64,000 nt of DNA from Bugula neritina (taxonomy: Eukaryota > Animalia > Bryozoa). The stretch is taken from the NCBI GenBank assembly GCA_964035545.1, contig OZ037767.1, forward strand, positions 28,474,628 to 28,538,627. Reading direction: 5' to 3'. A program made the translations under genes and the position numbers. The notes below the pieces were generated by a model. That model worked only from the letters and a program-made list of their open reading frames with translations, did not search any database and was not told the origin of the DNA. This document shows, piece by piece, positions 54,001-64,000 of the stretch (position 1 is its first letter; every line of letters begins with the position of its first letter).

Positions 54001-56666
54001 TTATGCTCTATTTCTTCACTAACCTCCTACGCCCTGCCAAGTTTTATGTGTTGCAGTTTGTTACTTTCTAATTAAACTGAAGTATTTACTTACTTCGAAA
54101 ATAAGCTTTATTTAATTGATTAATATAATTAGTAGAATTTAATTAGCATTAATGGTAATTATACAGAGAGCAGTCGTGGTGTGGTGGTTAGAGTGCTGGC
54201 CCAGTAAACATGAGGTCAGTAGTTCAAATCCAAATACTGGTGGTGATGTTAGGAAGAGCATCCAGTCATAAATGTCCTTGTGCCACATATGAAAAATTCC
54301 TTAGCCCGCTCTAAAATACCCTTTCCATCAGGGTTTCTCACAGGGATAGTGGCTATAAACTTACCTGAATTTTTGATTATAATCATTACCCAGCGCTGAA
54401 TGATGTCACTGTTTTATGCGTAGCAGAGGTGACGTAAAGGCAGATGCAGATCACACCCTTCATCTGAGTGACCTGGCAAACACCTCACACGGCAAAGCTA
54501 AACGTCAGCTGCTTGGAAATATAGAAAGTAATAAAAGCAGCTCTTCATCGGGTGGATTTGCGTTTGCTGACTCTAAGGTAAGTGACTGCCAGGTTAGTAT
54601 CAAAGTGATTGTAATACGTTGTGTGATTGGTGAAGATTAATGTACCGTGTTGTGTGATTGGTCATGGTGCTTTCTTACAGCAAGTGACTATGCGACCCCA
54701 ACAGTTGCAGCAGGCAGTGTCTAACATGACGGTGAGTCATCCTGCAACTCCGCAAGCAGCCAATCACGTGACGCCAAGTAGAAGTTCTTTAGTGAAGAGA
54801 CCAGTTCCAGGCATGATTCAGTCGACTCTAGACAGTAGCAGGAAGTCACGGCCTACTTCTTCTTTGAGGACAACTGGGGAGTTCTCTCAAATGAGTAATC
54901 TTCCTACAGCCTCACTCTCGCGTAGGTTATGTTTCTATGAGTGTGTTTAGGGAAATATTGTACTTTGGCTGTTTGTAAAAATACTGTGGTTCTCATTCAT
55001 CTGATAGTCTGCCTGATAACTCAGCTCATCAGTTGTATTATACTTTTCCTTCTTTTCTAAACAACACAATGAATCATTCTGAATTTTCGGTCTTGTGGCT
55101 CGGTTTTATAGAAGCGTTTTGATTTGCTTAGTTGAAATTTTCTAAAGCCACTGTGGTCACGTGACTCACAGCTTCAACATCAGTCACATTTCTATGTTAT
55201 AAAACATGCTGAATGTTAGTATTAGCATTCATTATAGTCTATTTCTCACACTTCATTTGTACCTAAGAATTGACATTCTGCGTATTTAACAGAAACAAGA
55301 GAGAGCGTGGACAGCCCCGACCGCATGCAAGCTGAGGCTCTATTGAGGTCCGGTGGTTATCTGACTAATACGTATGCTGACACCACGAGTGACGTGTCAG
55401 CTCATCTTAGATCCAACACGGCGACTCCAAACACCCAGCAGCTGTTAGCCAGAACCATTGATACGCAGGTAACACCTCTGCTACATATCATGTGTCGGTA
55501 TAGCAAATTGTGTTTTATATGACTATATAATATAATTGCGCAATAATTTCTTTTTTGTTGTTGACTTTTGTAATAAAAAGTAAAGATCTATTATTATTTT
55601 GTTGTTGTGGGCCTTAAAAGATAGTAATTACAATATTTTATGAACCTATTTATGTCAACTTAGTTGTAATATTATTAATTTTTGTCAGTTTATTCACAGC
55701 ATTCAGCTATGGGCTCTGTGATTACAGGGTCTGTCCACTGGGGTCAGCACTGCTCTACTTGACACGAATCTTCTTCTCGCTGACACACTGGATCGGCAGC
55801 CATCTGGTCAGCCGTGGGGGTCAGAGGTTAGGAGAAGCACAAGAGACTCCATAACAGCTGGATCCGGCACTTACAACGTCACAGAGAGTGTTGACTCAGG
55901 TGAGTCTTGGTATAGCCTGAGAGGTTACTTAGTCTTAGTATAACCTGAGAGGTAACTGAGTCTTAGTATAACCTGAGGGGGTTACTGAGTCTTAGTATAG
56001 GGGGGGGGGGGGGTGACTGCTTATTTTTTGTTTTGTCGATGTGACGATTTCTTCTAATGTTGTCAACCAGCAGTATGTAATATTAACTTGTTAGTTTGAA
56101 TTTAGTAAAGTAATGTTCAGTGTAACATGGCGTAAATGTGTCGAAATATGAAAACTGTTACAGCCAAGTATGAATGCATGAAAACTATATCTTGTAGTTG
56201 ATATCATTGTGAATTATACTATTCTATAGTTGAAGCAGCATCGATAAGAAAAGCATACATATCTCAATAACAATTATTGTGAATCTTCCTAATCTGTTAA
56301 CAATTAGATAATTGATCAACTTGGTAACTTTGTACCTGAGTAAGGACCGGGTTTTGTCTGGATAGATGGGGATGGGGGGAAGAGTTTGTGTGAATAGACG
56401 GTCTGCTAGTCTGATAGGATAATATTTTATTACGTCAATTACATGATGTGCAGATGCAATATTGGTTGGTATTATTTTGAGGTTTAATTATTCAATACAT
56501 TGTAGTGAGTTCGGGTGGCATCCTCAGGACAAGCAATGAGTACACTCGCACTCTGACTGGAACCCCTTCCGCCAACAAGCCTCGACAATACCTCAGGTTC
56601 TCCGTACCCACCGGTGATGACGAAACCTCACAATCAAGTGACAATATTTCAGAGATCAATTTTTAG
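30010..56666 (+). CDS. KIAA0586: TALPID3 / KIAA0586 centriole and ciliogenesis protein
   Basis: More than 30 exons from ATG 30010 to TAG 56666. Diagnostic motifs: DENYIRRVYGKALYHSQRRT (37186-37250), NRDW|LEQRLMSK (40138/50405), AQVYIDAGRPINTQQVKDVMRECLAEKIRTMLG (~51025-51122), TPERTPPTTPP and repeated SEGE motifs. A probable 5' UTR exon ends at donor 29038. Confidence 0.85.
32159..32911 (+). repeat. 38-bp minisatellite GTGTATAGTGTACATGTATATCTAGTAATATACTGTAG x ~20, occupying an entire intron
   Basis: Array begins at the donor GT (32159) and ends at the acceptor AG (32911). Confidence 0.95.
33076..34144 (+). repeat. 25-bp minisatellite ATACTCGCTAGTTGTGTATTATATT x ~43
   Basis: Highly homogeneous array starting 16 nt after the TALPID3 donor at 33060. 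Confidence 0.98.
34514..34622 (+). repeat. ~34-bp tandem repeat x3 (GTTAGTGTATATCTCATACTAGTATACTTTGTTA)
   Basis: Directly visible in a short TALPID3 intron. Confidence 0.85.
37326..37427 (+). repeat. 16-bp minisatellite ACACACTTACTGAATA x ~6
   Basis: Directly visible, ~25 nt after a TALPID3 donor. Confidence 0.9.
40161..50090 (+). repeat. Intronic satellite, 16-bp unit ATGTCTATACTA(T/C)TA(C/T), ~620 copies
   Basis: Directly visible. It fills most of TALPID3 intron 40149-50404. Confidence 0.99.
53590..53740 (+). repeat. 14-bp minisatellite ACTCACTCACTAGT x ~10
   Basis: Ends ~35 nt before the acceptor at 53775. A degenerate TAGTACTACTAAC repeat lies upstream at ~53385-53470. Confidence 0.9.
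54168..54367 (+). mobile_element. tRNA-derived SINE-like element in a TALPID3 intron
   Basis: A-box-like TGGTGTGGTGG (~54177) and B-box GTTCAAATCC (~54222), followed by a non-tRNA body (AGGAAGAGCATCCAGTCATAAA). No intact cloverleaf; the 3' boundary is approximate. Confidence 0.6.
55900..56013 (+). repeat. ~28-bp repeat x ~3.5 starting at a TALPID3 donor, ending in a poly-G run
   Basis: GAGTCTTAGTATAACCTGAGAG|GT(T/A)ACT units from donor 55900. Confidence 0.85.
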
Positions 56667-58255
56667 TTAAAATATTCCATTTCACTTCTTTTCTAATCAA
56701 ATTTTCCTAAAATTGCCAAGAAAGCCGTCCATTTTGCTACTTTTACATCTAGTTCTGCTTGCTGTTTGATCATTTATACTCCACGCAAGTCAGTTTGTAC
56801 CTTGTAGATATCCCGTGATCTAAAGTCCAAGTTTAGTGTGCTTGAAGGCCTAATGTCTTCCCATGTTTGTGTAGGAATAGTGAACTTTAGCAAATTATTC
56901 ATAAAGTTGTTTACATTTTTTATCTTTGCCAGTTTTTCAGTTCAAATGTGTTGGTAAATGATACATACGTTGAAGTTTTCCAAATATGGTTTTGTGAACT
57001 ATTTCACATTCTCACAATTGTCACAATAATAAACTTTTCATGAAATTTCTTTTCGGGTTTGTGCACATCTGATAAATCATTTAATAAAAGGTTGCAACTA
57101 CAATGCCACATTCTAATCGTCTGATAAACTAAGGATGTTATTAAAATGTTAGTGACAGGCTGCATCGAAATGCATTAAATCTGATGATATTTATTGTCAT
57201 AATAACTTGGTACACAACAGAGTTACAGATGCTACTTTTAAAAATCAATTTGTTTCTGAGTTTGAATATTTCGGGTTTGTATCTACAAGCAATCAAAATG
57301 ATAAATTTCACCTCCATTGTTTCTTACTAATCTTGCTCCATTCTACAAATTATGAAAATACAAATATCTTTCGACCCACCTTGGAAATTGCAATGCTATG
57401 AATTTATAGCATTATATGATTTAATCAAATTGTTTTATTCAATCCATGACACTTTTTAATTATGAGTAAACTAATGGAAACAAATGGTATTGAGATATTT
57501 GATCAATACGGAAAGGAAGTTTTGTTAGTTTTAAAATGCTGTACAGCAAATAAATATCCAACTGGCCTAGGAAAAATCTGGCATATAATTTCCCTGTTGC
57601 CATCACTGATTGCAGAACGAAAATTATTGGCATGCAAGGTTTTGGCATCAAATGTGAACCAAGAAGTTGGCTTGATAAAAAATAATAATTCTGAAATACT
57701 AACAGCGATGTAACCTTAATACTGAATATTTTACTGAGCTGATGGCCATATGATGTCAATTAGCTAGCTAAGTAACCCCTTCGGATTTTAAATATCATTA
57801 ATCTATATTGAAATAATTGCATATTCCATAATTGCATATTTAGTATATCTCATTTTATGCCCTCCAAATGCAGATTGAAGATTGATTAGTGGTATGTTTT
57901 TAAAAACAAAATTTATTGGTTTCAGGTAACAGAAATTGAATACTGTTTGCGTTTGCTAGCGGCCTGCTTATTTCTCAGGTTGATACTCTATTGATTGGAA
58001 CACTTACATCAATTTGTTTAAAATCTGCAAATTGATTTCACGCTATAATTTTCTAAGGATAATAATAATTGAATGTTAGTATTACTGTGCCTAATTTTAT
58101 TGAGTACGCTAGAACAATTTAATTGGAGCTTGATTGGATATATAAGTGAGCTCTTACAGCTTTTTTAATAGCATTTAAAGCACAGCACTTGTTCTAGCAT
58201 ATTCTCAAGACCATACGGCAAATATAAAGTTTCCAACTAGCTGTTAATCTATAAC

Positions 58256-61200
58256 ATGTTCACTGTCTCAGTTGAAAGATACACAGTGGATGGTACTGAA
58301 AAGGCTTCAGCATCAGGAACAAAATCTGAAAGCAGTAGTGTCTCAACACCTAAAGTTGAACCAGAAAGCCGTGGAACAGTGACACCTGAAGCTGAAGTAT
58401 ATGACGCATCAGAACCTGAAGCTGAAGGACATGTCACTTCAGAACCTGAGTCTGAATCTGAAGGTATGTCAACATCTGAACCTGAAGTTGAACCAGAAAG
58501 CCGTGGAACAGTGACACCTGAAGCTGAAGTATATGACACATCAGAACCTGAAGCTGAAGGACATGTCACTTCAGAACCTGAGTCTGAATCTGAAGGTATG
58601 TCAACATCTGAACCTGAAGTTGAACCAGAAAGCAGTGGAACAGTGACACCTGGAGCTGAAGGACATGTCACATCAGAACCTGAAGCTGAAGAACATGTCA
58701 CTTCACAACCTGAATCTGAAGGTATGTCAACATCTGAACCTGAAGTTGAACCAGAAAGCCGTGGAACAGTGACACCTGAAGCTGAAGTATATGACGCATC
58801 AGAACCTGAAGCTGAAGGACATGTCACTTCAGAACCTGAGTCTGAATCTGAAGGTATGTCAACATCTGAACCTGAGCCAGAAGCTGAACCAGAAAGCAGT
58901 GGAACAGTGACACCTGAAGCTGAAGAATATGGCACATCAGAACCTGAAGCTGAAGGTTTGTCAACATCGGAACCTGAGATTTCAGGTACAGCTGAACCTG
59001 AATCAACAGCAGAAGTTGAGCCTGAAAGTGGTGTTAGTACTGCTGTGCCAGAGTATGAATCTTCCTACAGTGAAAACATTCTTTTGCCTGAAGGAAGTGC
59101 TGAAACTGAAAGTCTTGATGCAATAGCCTCAGAGCCTGGAAGTGTCGCAGAGCCACCTGCAAGCAATGAAAGCATTATTGTTCCAACTATTCTACTACTG
59201 ATGCTGATTATTGGTGGTATAGTGATGAATTTTCTTTATTAATATATATCCTTTTTGTTGACTTCAACTTGCACAAATTATGTTAATTAAGCACTGTGCA
59301 ATCATATTCAAGAAATAGGGTATATATTTTTCAAGCAAGTTTTCGAACTTTAAGATTTTATGTTCTAGGTCTAGGCTGGTTAAATTTGAATAAAAGATTA
59401 CGCGCTAAGCGGAGACTTCAAAAAATTCACAACCTTGAGCTTGGAAGCCCATCATCCAACGTGTCAATTCCTGATGATGATTTTATAAACGCTTTTGATT
59501 TAGAAGTTTTGGAACACAAAGAACATTTCTACAATAAGACTTTAGGTATGTATACTGTATATTCTTTCAGATTTGCTGCAAGACCTTGTGTTTACTATTG
59601 CATCCTACTGCTATTTTTGTACTTAATCATATTTAATATATCATGGCTGTCTATATGGCAAAAGTTTTTATTTTTTTATAAACACTTCAAAGCTAATGTT
59701 GGCAAAGTATTTAATTTAGTCCTTGATATTCACCCAACTGTTTGCACTTCAAGTTTTTTAGCCTGCCCTAACTCAACTTCATCTATTTTATTCAGACTCT
59801 TTGCAAGTAACTTGATGTTGAATTACTAAGCTCAAAAAAAATTTATCAAAGTTGCATATCAGTGCAAATTATATACGAATTATTATTGTTGCAAGTCGTA
59901 TATTTTATTGAGCTGCAGTCCCTGTAGGTATGGTGTTATTATGAAATGCAAGTTTATTTTAGATCTGATAGAGTTGGCCGCCCCAGCCCTTGTATCTATC
60001 CTCCAGGCTCCCCTTGTTCTCTACCTCTACCCTACTCTCATTGAGTACATGTGGCCTGACCATGAAGAGGTTCCTAATGTTAATGATGCCATTGCCTGCT
60101 TCCTCACTCCTGCAGGTAAAATTCTATACTATAATCCATATAATTATGCTGCAGGTAAAAGCATATAGCCTACTGTAATCCATATATGCTGCAGGTAAGT
60201 GTAGTGTTGTGTTTACCCAGTGGCCTCCGTGGTGTAATGGTAGCACACTTGCTTGCAAGCCAGAGGACTCGGGTTCGATTCCCAGTGGGGCAATTATTTT
60301 ACAGTAAGCAATTCTGGTTGTTTTGTAGAAAGATATAAGATATAACTATTATAGGCACATTGTAGCTATCTCCTCTCCTTTTCCCAGGTCAACAATTTTA
60401 TATGAAACAGGCTTTACAAAGTCTCTGTAATTTTTCTCTATTGTTATAGGAAGCATTCATTTATTAAAGCAAAAATATTTTGAAGGTTTTGTACATTTTC
60501 CAGAACTTGGTTAAAACCAAAATATTTCAACTAAGGTGTATAAAATTTAATTTTTTGCATCAATTATGACAGTGAAGTTCGTGAGAGAAATTGTTAATGC
60601 AACATGAATAATACTGGATAAGTCTGTACACAATTGCTTTGTAGTCGTTATAAAATTTGGGACTTTTGTATAAGTTTTCTTGTATAATGACATATTATGC
60701 ACAAGCTATAACTGTTCTACATTGACTTCAAAATATATTTGTTTAACAACTGACTGATTACAGGTTTAGTTTACGCTACGGTGTTTGGTGCTGCTTTCTC
60801 AGCTGCTTCTGGGAAGTTATCTGAGCTGCAGACAAAGTTTGTGAATGAAGTGAGTATGATAGATCAGATCTTTACCCTCACCATGAAACTGGATATTCCT
60901 ACAGATACTAAGATGTCTATCTGTAAGGTGAGTCTGTCTGTGTAGTCATCTATAGACTGAGGAAGTAATGTCCATCAGGTTAATAGTAGATGGGAAGCTA
61001 TTTACTCGCTTGCCTGTTTAGGCTAATTATTGTAGTTTTCTGCTGAAGCCTTTTTGGCTATTTATATAATGCAATTATTAAAAAGCTCAACAATTTGGTC
61101 AAATATGTTAGTCAAGTCTTAAGGTTGTCTAAAGGCAGTAAACTTACATAACTTCTTGTATAGATTATCGGAACTTGAATTGCACATTCGCGTTACTACT

Positions 61201-63585
61201 TTCTTGACTTCTAGGTCTTCTAACATTAGCAAGTCTTTCATTTGCCCGCAAGCAGGAAAATTTAATTGACTTTCTTTATACTTCAGGCTGTGAAGTCAGA
61301 AATAATTTACCTGCTGTTGCAAATAGAAGGCAAAGAACCTGATTCCTTTGTCAACAAACCTCCAGTTGATGTCAAAGGTTTGTTTGTTTGTTTGTTTGTT
61401 TGTTTGTTTGTTTGTTTGTTTGTTTGTTTGTTTGTTTGTTTGATAGTAACAAATGTTTGTGTAATACTACTATCTTCAGCATAAACATCCAGTGAGGTGA
61501 AAAAATAAATGAACATTTTTGTGCGTGTATTATATTGGTATCTTTTTCTTTGGCAGACAATTCTTTCTACAGTTTTCTTATAAAACTTACATTTATCATA
61601 AGTGTCTAAATAATAATGTTATATGATACTCAGATACTGTGTAAGTCAAATAATCAATGCCATAGGCATAGTAAACTTGAGATCTTTAGTTCTCTGTTAT
61701 TTAACATCATTTATTATCATATACATGTTCCTATTTGTATTTGTTATTTGTTTGTTATACAGTATAAATATGGGATATGTAATTACATGCATGATAAACT
61801 TTACTTGTTTTGATTCTTCCTGTCCATCAAATACCACTAATTTATTTTGTATAATAATCTTATTATGTTATATAATTTCAGTCCAAATATGGGAAATAGT
61901 TGATTTGCTGAAACAAATATCCAGAGAGACCTCTCCTGATTACATCACACAGCATATGATTCAACAAATACTCAGTCACATGATTTCATTAAACAGTATT
62001 TGTTCTGACAATGACTCTGGTCTTCGGGCTAAGATCCACCCCGTCAAGTGAGTAGCTGCCCGTACACAAATACAATATACTCTGGTCTTAGGGCTAAGAT
62101 CCACCCCGTCAAGTGAGTAGCTGCCCGTACACATATACAATATACTCTGGTCTTAGGGCTAAGATCCACCCCGTCAAGTGAGTAGCTGCCCGTACACAAA
62201 TACAATATACTCTGGTCTTAGGGCTAAGATCCACCCGTCAAGTGAGTAGCTGCCCGTACACATATACAATATACTCTGGTCTTAGGGCTAAGATCCACCC
62301 CGTCAAGTGAGTAGCTGCTCGTACACAAATACAATATACTCTGGTCTTAGGGCTAAGATCCATCTTGTCAAGTGAGTAACTGCTCGTATACATATGCAAT
62401 ATATTATACAATATAAATCCCTTTCATTAGGAATGACAACTATAAACTTGCGTGACTTTTTTGGCAGACGAAATAGACAGCATATTATTAACATACATGA
62501 ACATACATGGTCTGAATAATTTGCGTTTTGTAGGTGGGCATTCCTGGAGCTACTTGGGTTCTTCTCCTTTTTTGGGGTGTCACTGATTAGCACACAATCT
62601 ACATTTCTCTCCCTGGCTATTTGCATGATCACAGTCTTTTCAATTTCCATACTCTGTTTTGTGATTGCTGATTTGGATAACCCTTTCAGTGGATTCTTCA
62701 GACTAGATCTCTCACTTTTGAATTTGGTCATTTCTAGAGGTCAAAGGGTCTACAGTCACCTTCAAGAAGGTCAGTCAATTCTTGTATCATCAGCTTTATC
62801 GTAATTTTTCACCTGATAGGTCAGTATCTCACTTGCAATAAATGAAAGTTGAAGCTAATCATTTTGTTAAAAATTTACTATAATGTATTTTCGAAAATTT
62901 TTAGCTTATATTGTATGTACTTTAATAACACCAGTGTTATATAGTTTGTATAATTTATTACTTTAATTGCACATGCATAAAGGGAGTTGTCCCTCTTGAA
63001 CTGACTACACAATTATTTTAGAAATCATCTTATATTATTTACTTGTTATTATGTGCACTATAATAATCAGTCATTTATATGAATACAATGTGAAACTCAG
63101 GTAACCAATCTCCTTCACTAATTTTATTTATTTAGTAAGCTTTTGTTTCCTGTTAAATATTTTCCTTCAATGAAAATCTTCAGTAGCTTATTGTTCTAGT
63201 AATCTAGTACAAGGATAATTATGTATTCTATCTATCTATTCTGACTGTATTACATTATATAGTAACTTATAAAATATATTTGCTAATATTTACCAAGTCT
63301 TCCCTCTTTGTTCATATTGTAATCCAAGGCCTAATGATAATATTCCCTAGCTATAGGCCTAGTATTAGTGCCATCCATTTTGGTGACATTCATTAGGCAG
63401 CCATGATGCTCTATATTGCAGGCAGCTTTGAGAACAGCGTACCACACTACGATAAGGACTTGAACAGGAAGTCATGTATTATTGACTTGCATCATCTGAC
63501 TCGGAAAATCTACCCTTTCAAAACCCTCAGTCCTCCGCCCTCACCTGTCCATCCATTTGCTGTGACAGCCTTCCGGAAGTCTTAA
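58256..63585 (+). CDS. DUF4239/bestrophin-like multipass membrane protein, paralog B (long Glu/Pro/Ser/Thr-rich repetitive N-terminus)
   Basis: Eight exons (58256-59216, ~59369-59545, ~59963-60115, ~60764-60927, ~61287-61377, ~61882-62047, 62534-62769, 63422-63585). Same intron positions as paralog A, with near-identical central exons and ADLDNPFSG. Confidence 0.82.
58358..58975 (+). repeat. Coding tandem repeat, ~132 nt (44 aa, EPESRGTVTPEAEVYDASEPEAEGHVTSEPESESEGMSTSEPEV) x ~4.5
   Basis: CCAGAAAGC recurs at 58361, 58493, 58625, 58751 and 58889; all spacings are multiples of 3. Confidence 0.95.
60222..60293 (+). mobile_element. tRNA-like sequence (SINE head or tRNA pseudogene, TGC anticodon-like)
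   Basis: TGGTGTAATGG A-box and GGTTCGATTCC B-box at tRNA spacing. Acceptor, anticodon and T stems are mispaired. Not seen in the equivalent intron of paralog A. Confidence 0.65.
61378..61442 (+). repeat. (GTTT)16 microsatellite starting at the donor GT
   Basis: AAAG|GTTTGTTTG...; absent at the same donor in paralog A. Confidence 0.97.
62015..62403 (+). repeat. 65-bp tandem repeat x6 spanning the exon-6 donor of paralog B
   Basis: CTCTGGTCTT at 62015, 62080, 62145, 62210, 62274 and 62339; same unit as at 23941-24120. Confidence 0.95.
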
Positions 63586-63624
63586 CTATCACTGTATAAC
63601 TATAACTATTTATCTGTAACTTTA

Positions 63625-63765
63625 TAACTATTTAGTTATAGTTATAACTATATAGTTATAGTTATAACTATATAGTTATAGTTATAACTATATAGTTATA
63701 GTTATAACTATATAGTTATAGTTATAACTATATAGTTATAACTATAACTATATAGTTATAACTAT
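63625..63765. repeat. 20-bp palindrome-containing repeat TATAGTTATAGTTATAACTA x ~7
   Basis: Immediately 3' of the paralog B stop codon; contains the TATAGTTATAACTATA palindrome. Confidence 0.92.
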
Positions 63766-64000
63766 ATTTAGAGAGCTGCAAGTGAGTCATCAATAGCCTG
63801 TGATTCTCACTTTCCTGTTGCTTTTAACTGCTTGAGAATCACAGCTAACTTTGCTGAAGCCAAACATTATTTTAGTCACTATTATTGTATTTCATGTTGT
63901 GAACACTTGCATCCAAAGCTAAGCATTTATTCTGTTGTAAGTTTTATAATGCAGTGTTGTATTTATATGTAGGCCCATTCAGCTGAAAGTGCTTGATAAA

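Noticed and set aside
249-56666. Functional ciliary gene cluster (SPAG17 + TALPID3)
   Set aside because: Only two genes separated by unrelated ones; chance linkage is sufficient without synteny data.
58249-58935. Minus-strand Ser/Gly-rich 228-aa ORF
   Set aside because: Antisense shadow of the EPE-repeat exon.
60222-60293. Functional tRNA-Ala(TGC) gene
   Set aside because: Acceptor, anticodon and T stems are mispaired and the anticodon loop is irregular; treated as SINE or pseudogene.
22441-63585. Paralogs as an assembly duplication or haplotype artefact
   Set aside because: Terminal exons and much of the introns are far too diverged to be alleles or duplicated contigs.

Overview
AT-rich, intron-containing animal (invertebrate-like) genomic DNA; the taxon cannot be fixed from sequence alone. 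Manual GT-AG splicing gives six protein-coding genes: the 5' part of SPAG17 (-), head-to-head with a compact DCAF6 (+); an uncharacterised membrane-anchored protein with HYEQxG/RDHSxG motifs (-); TALPID3/KIAA0586 (+, ~27 kb); and two inverted paralogous DUF4239/bestrophin-like membrane-protein genes that bracket TALPID3 and show patchwork near-identity suggestive of gene conversion. The three ~3,300-aa ORFs are artefacts of a ~10-kb 16-bp intronic satellite. The most striking unexplained pattern is that many unrelated minisatellites sit on or next to splice junctions. Several multiply the splice site itself (AG|GT ladders, potential micro-exons), and one intron is wholly a concatemer of GT...AG units. 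Degenerate period-6 tracts mark the 5' regions of four genes. Gene names rest on recalled motif similarity, not database searches. Exon coordinates were read by eye.
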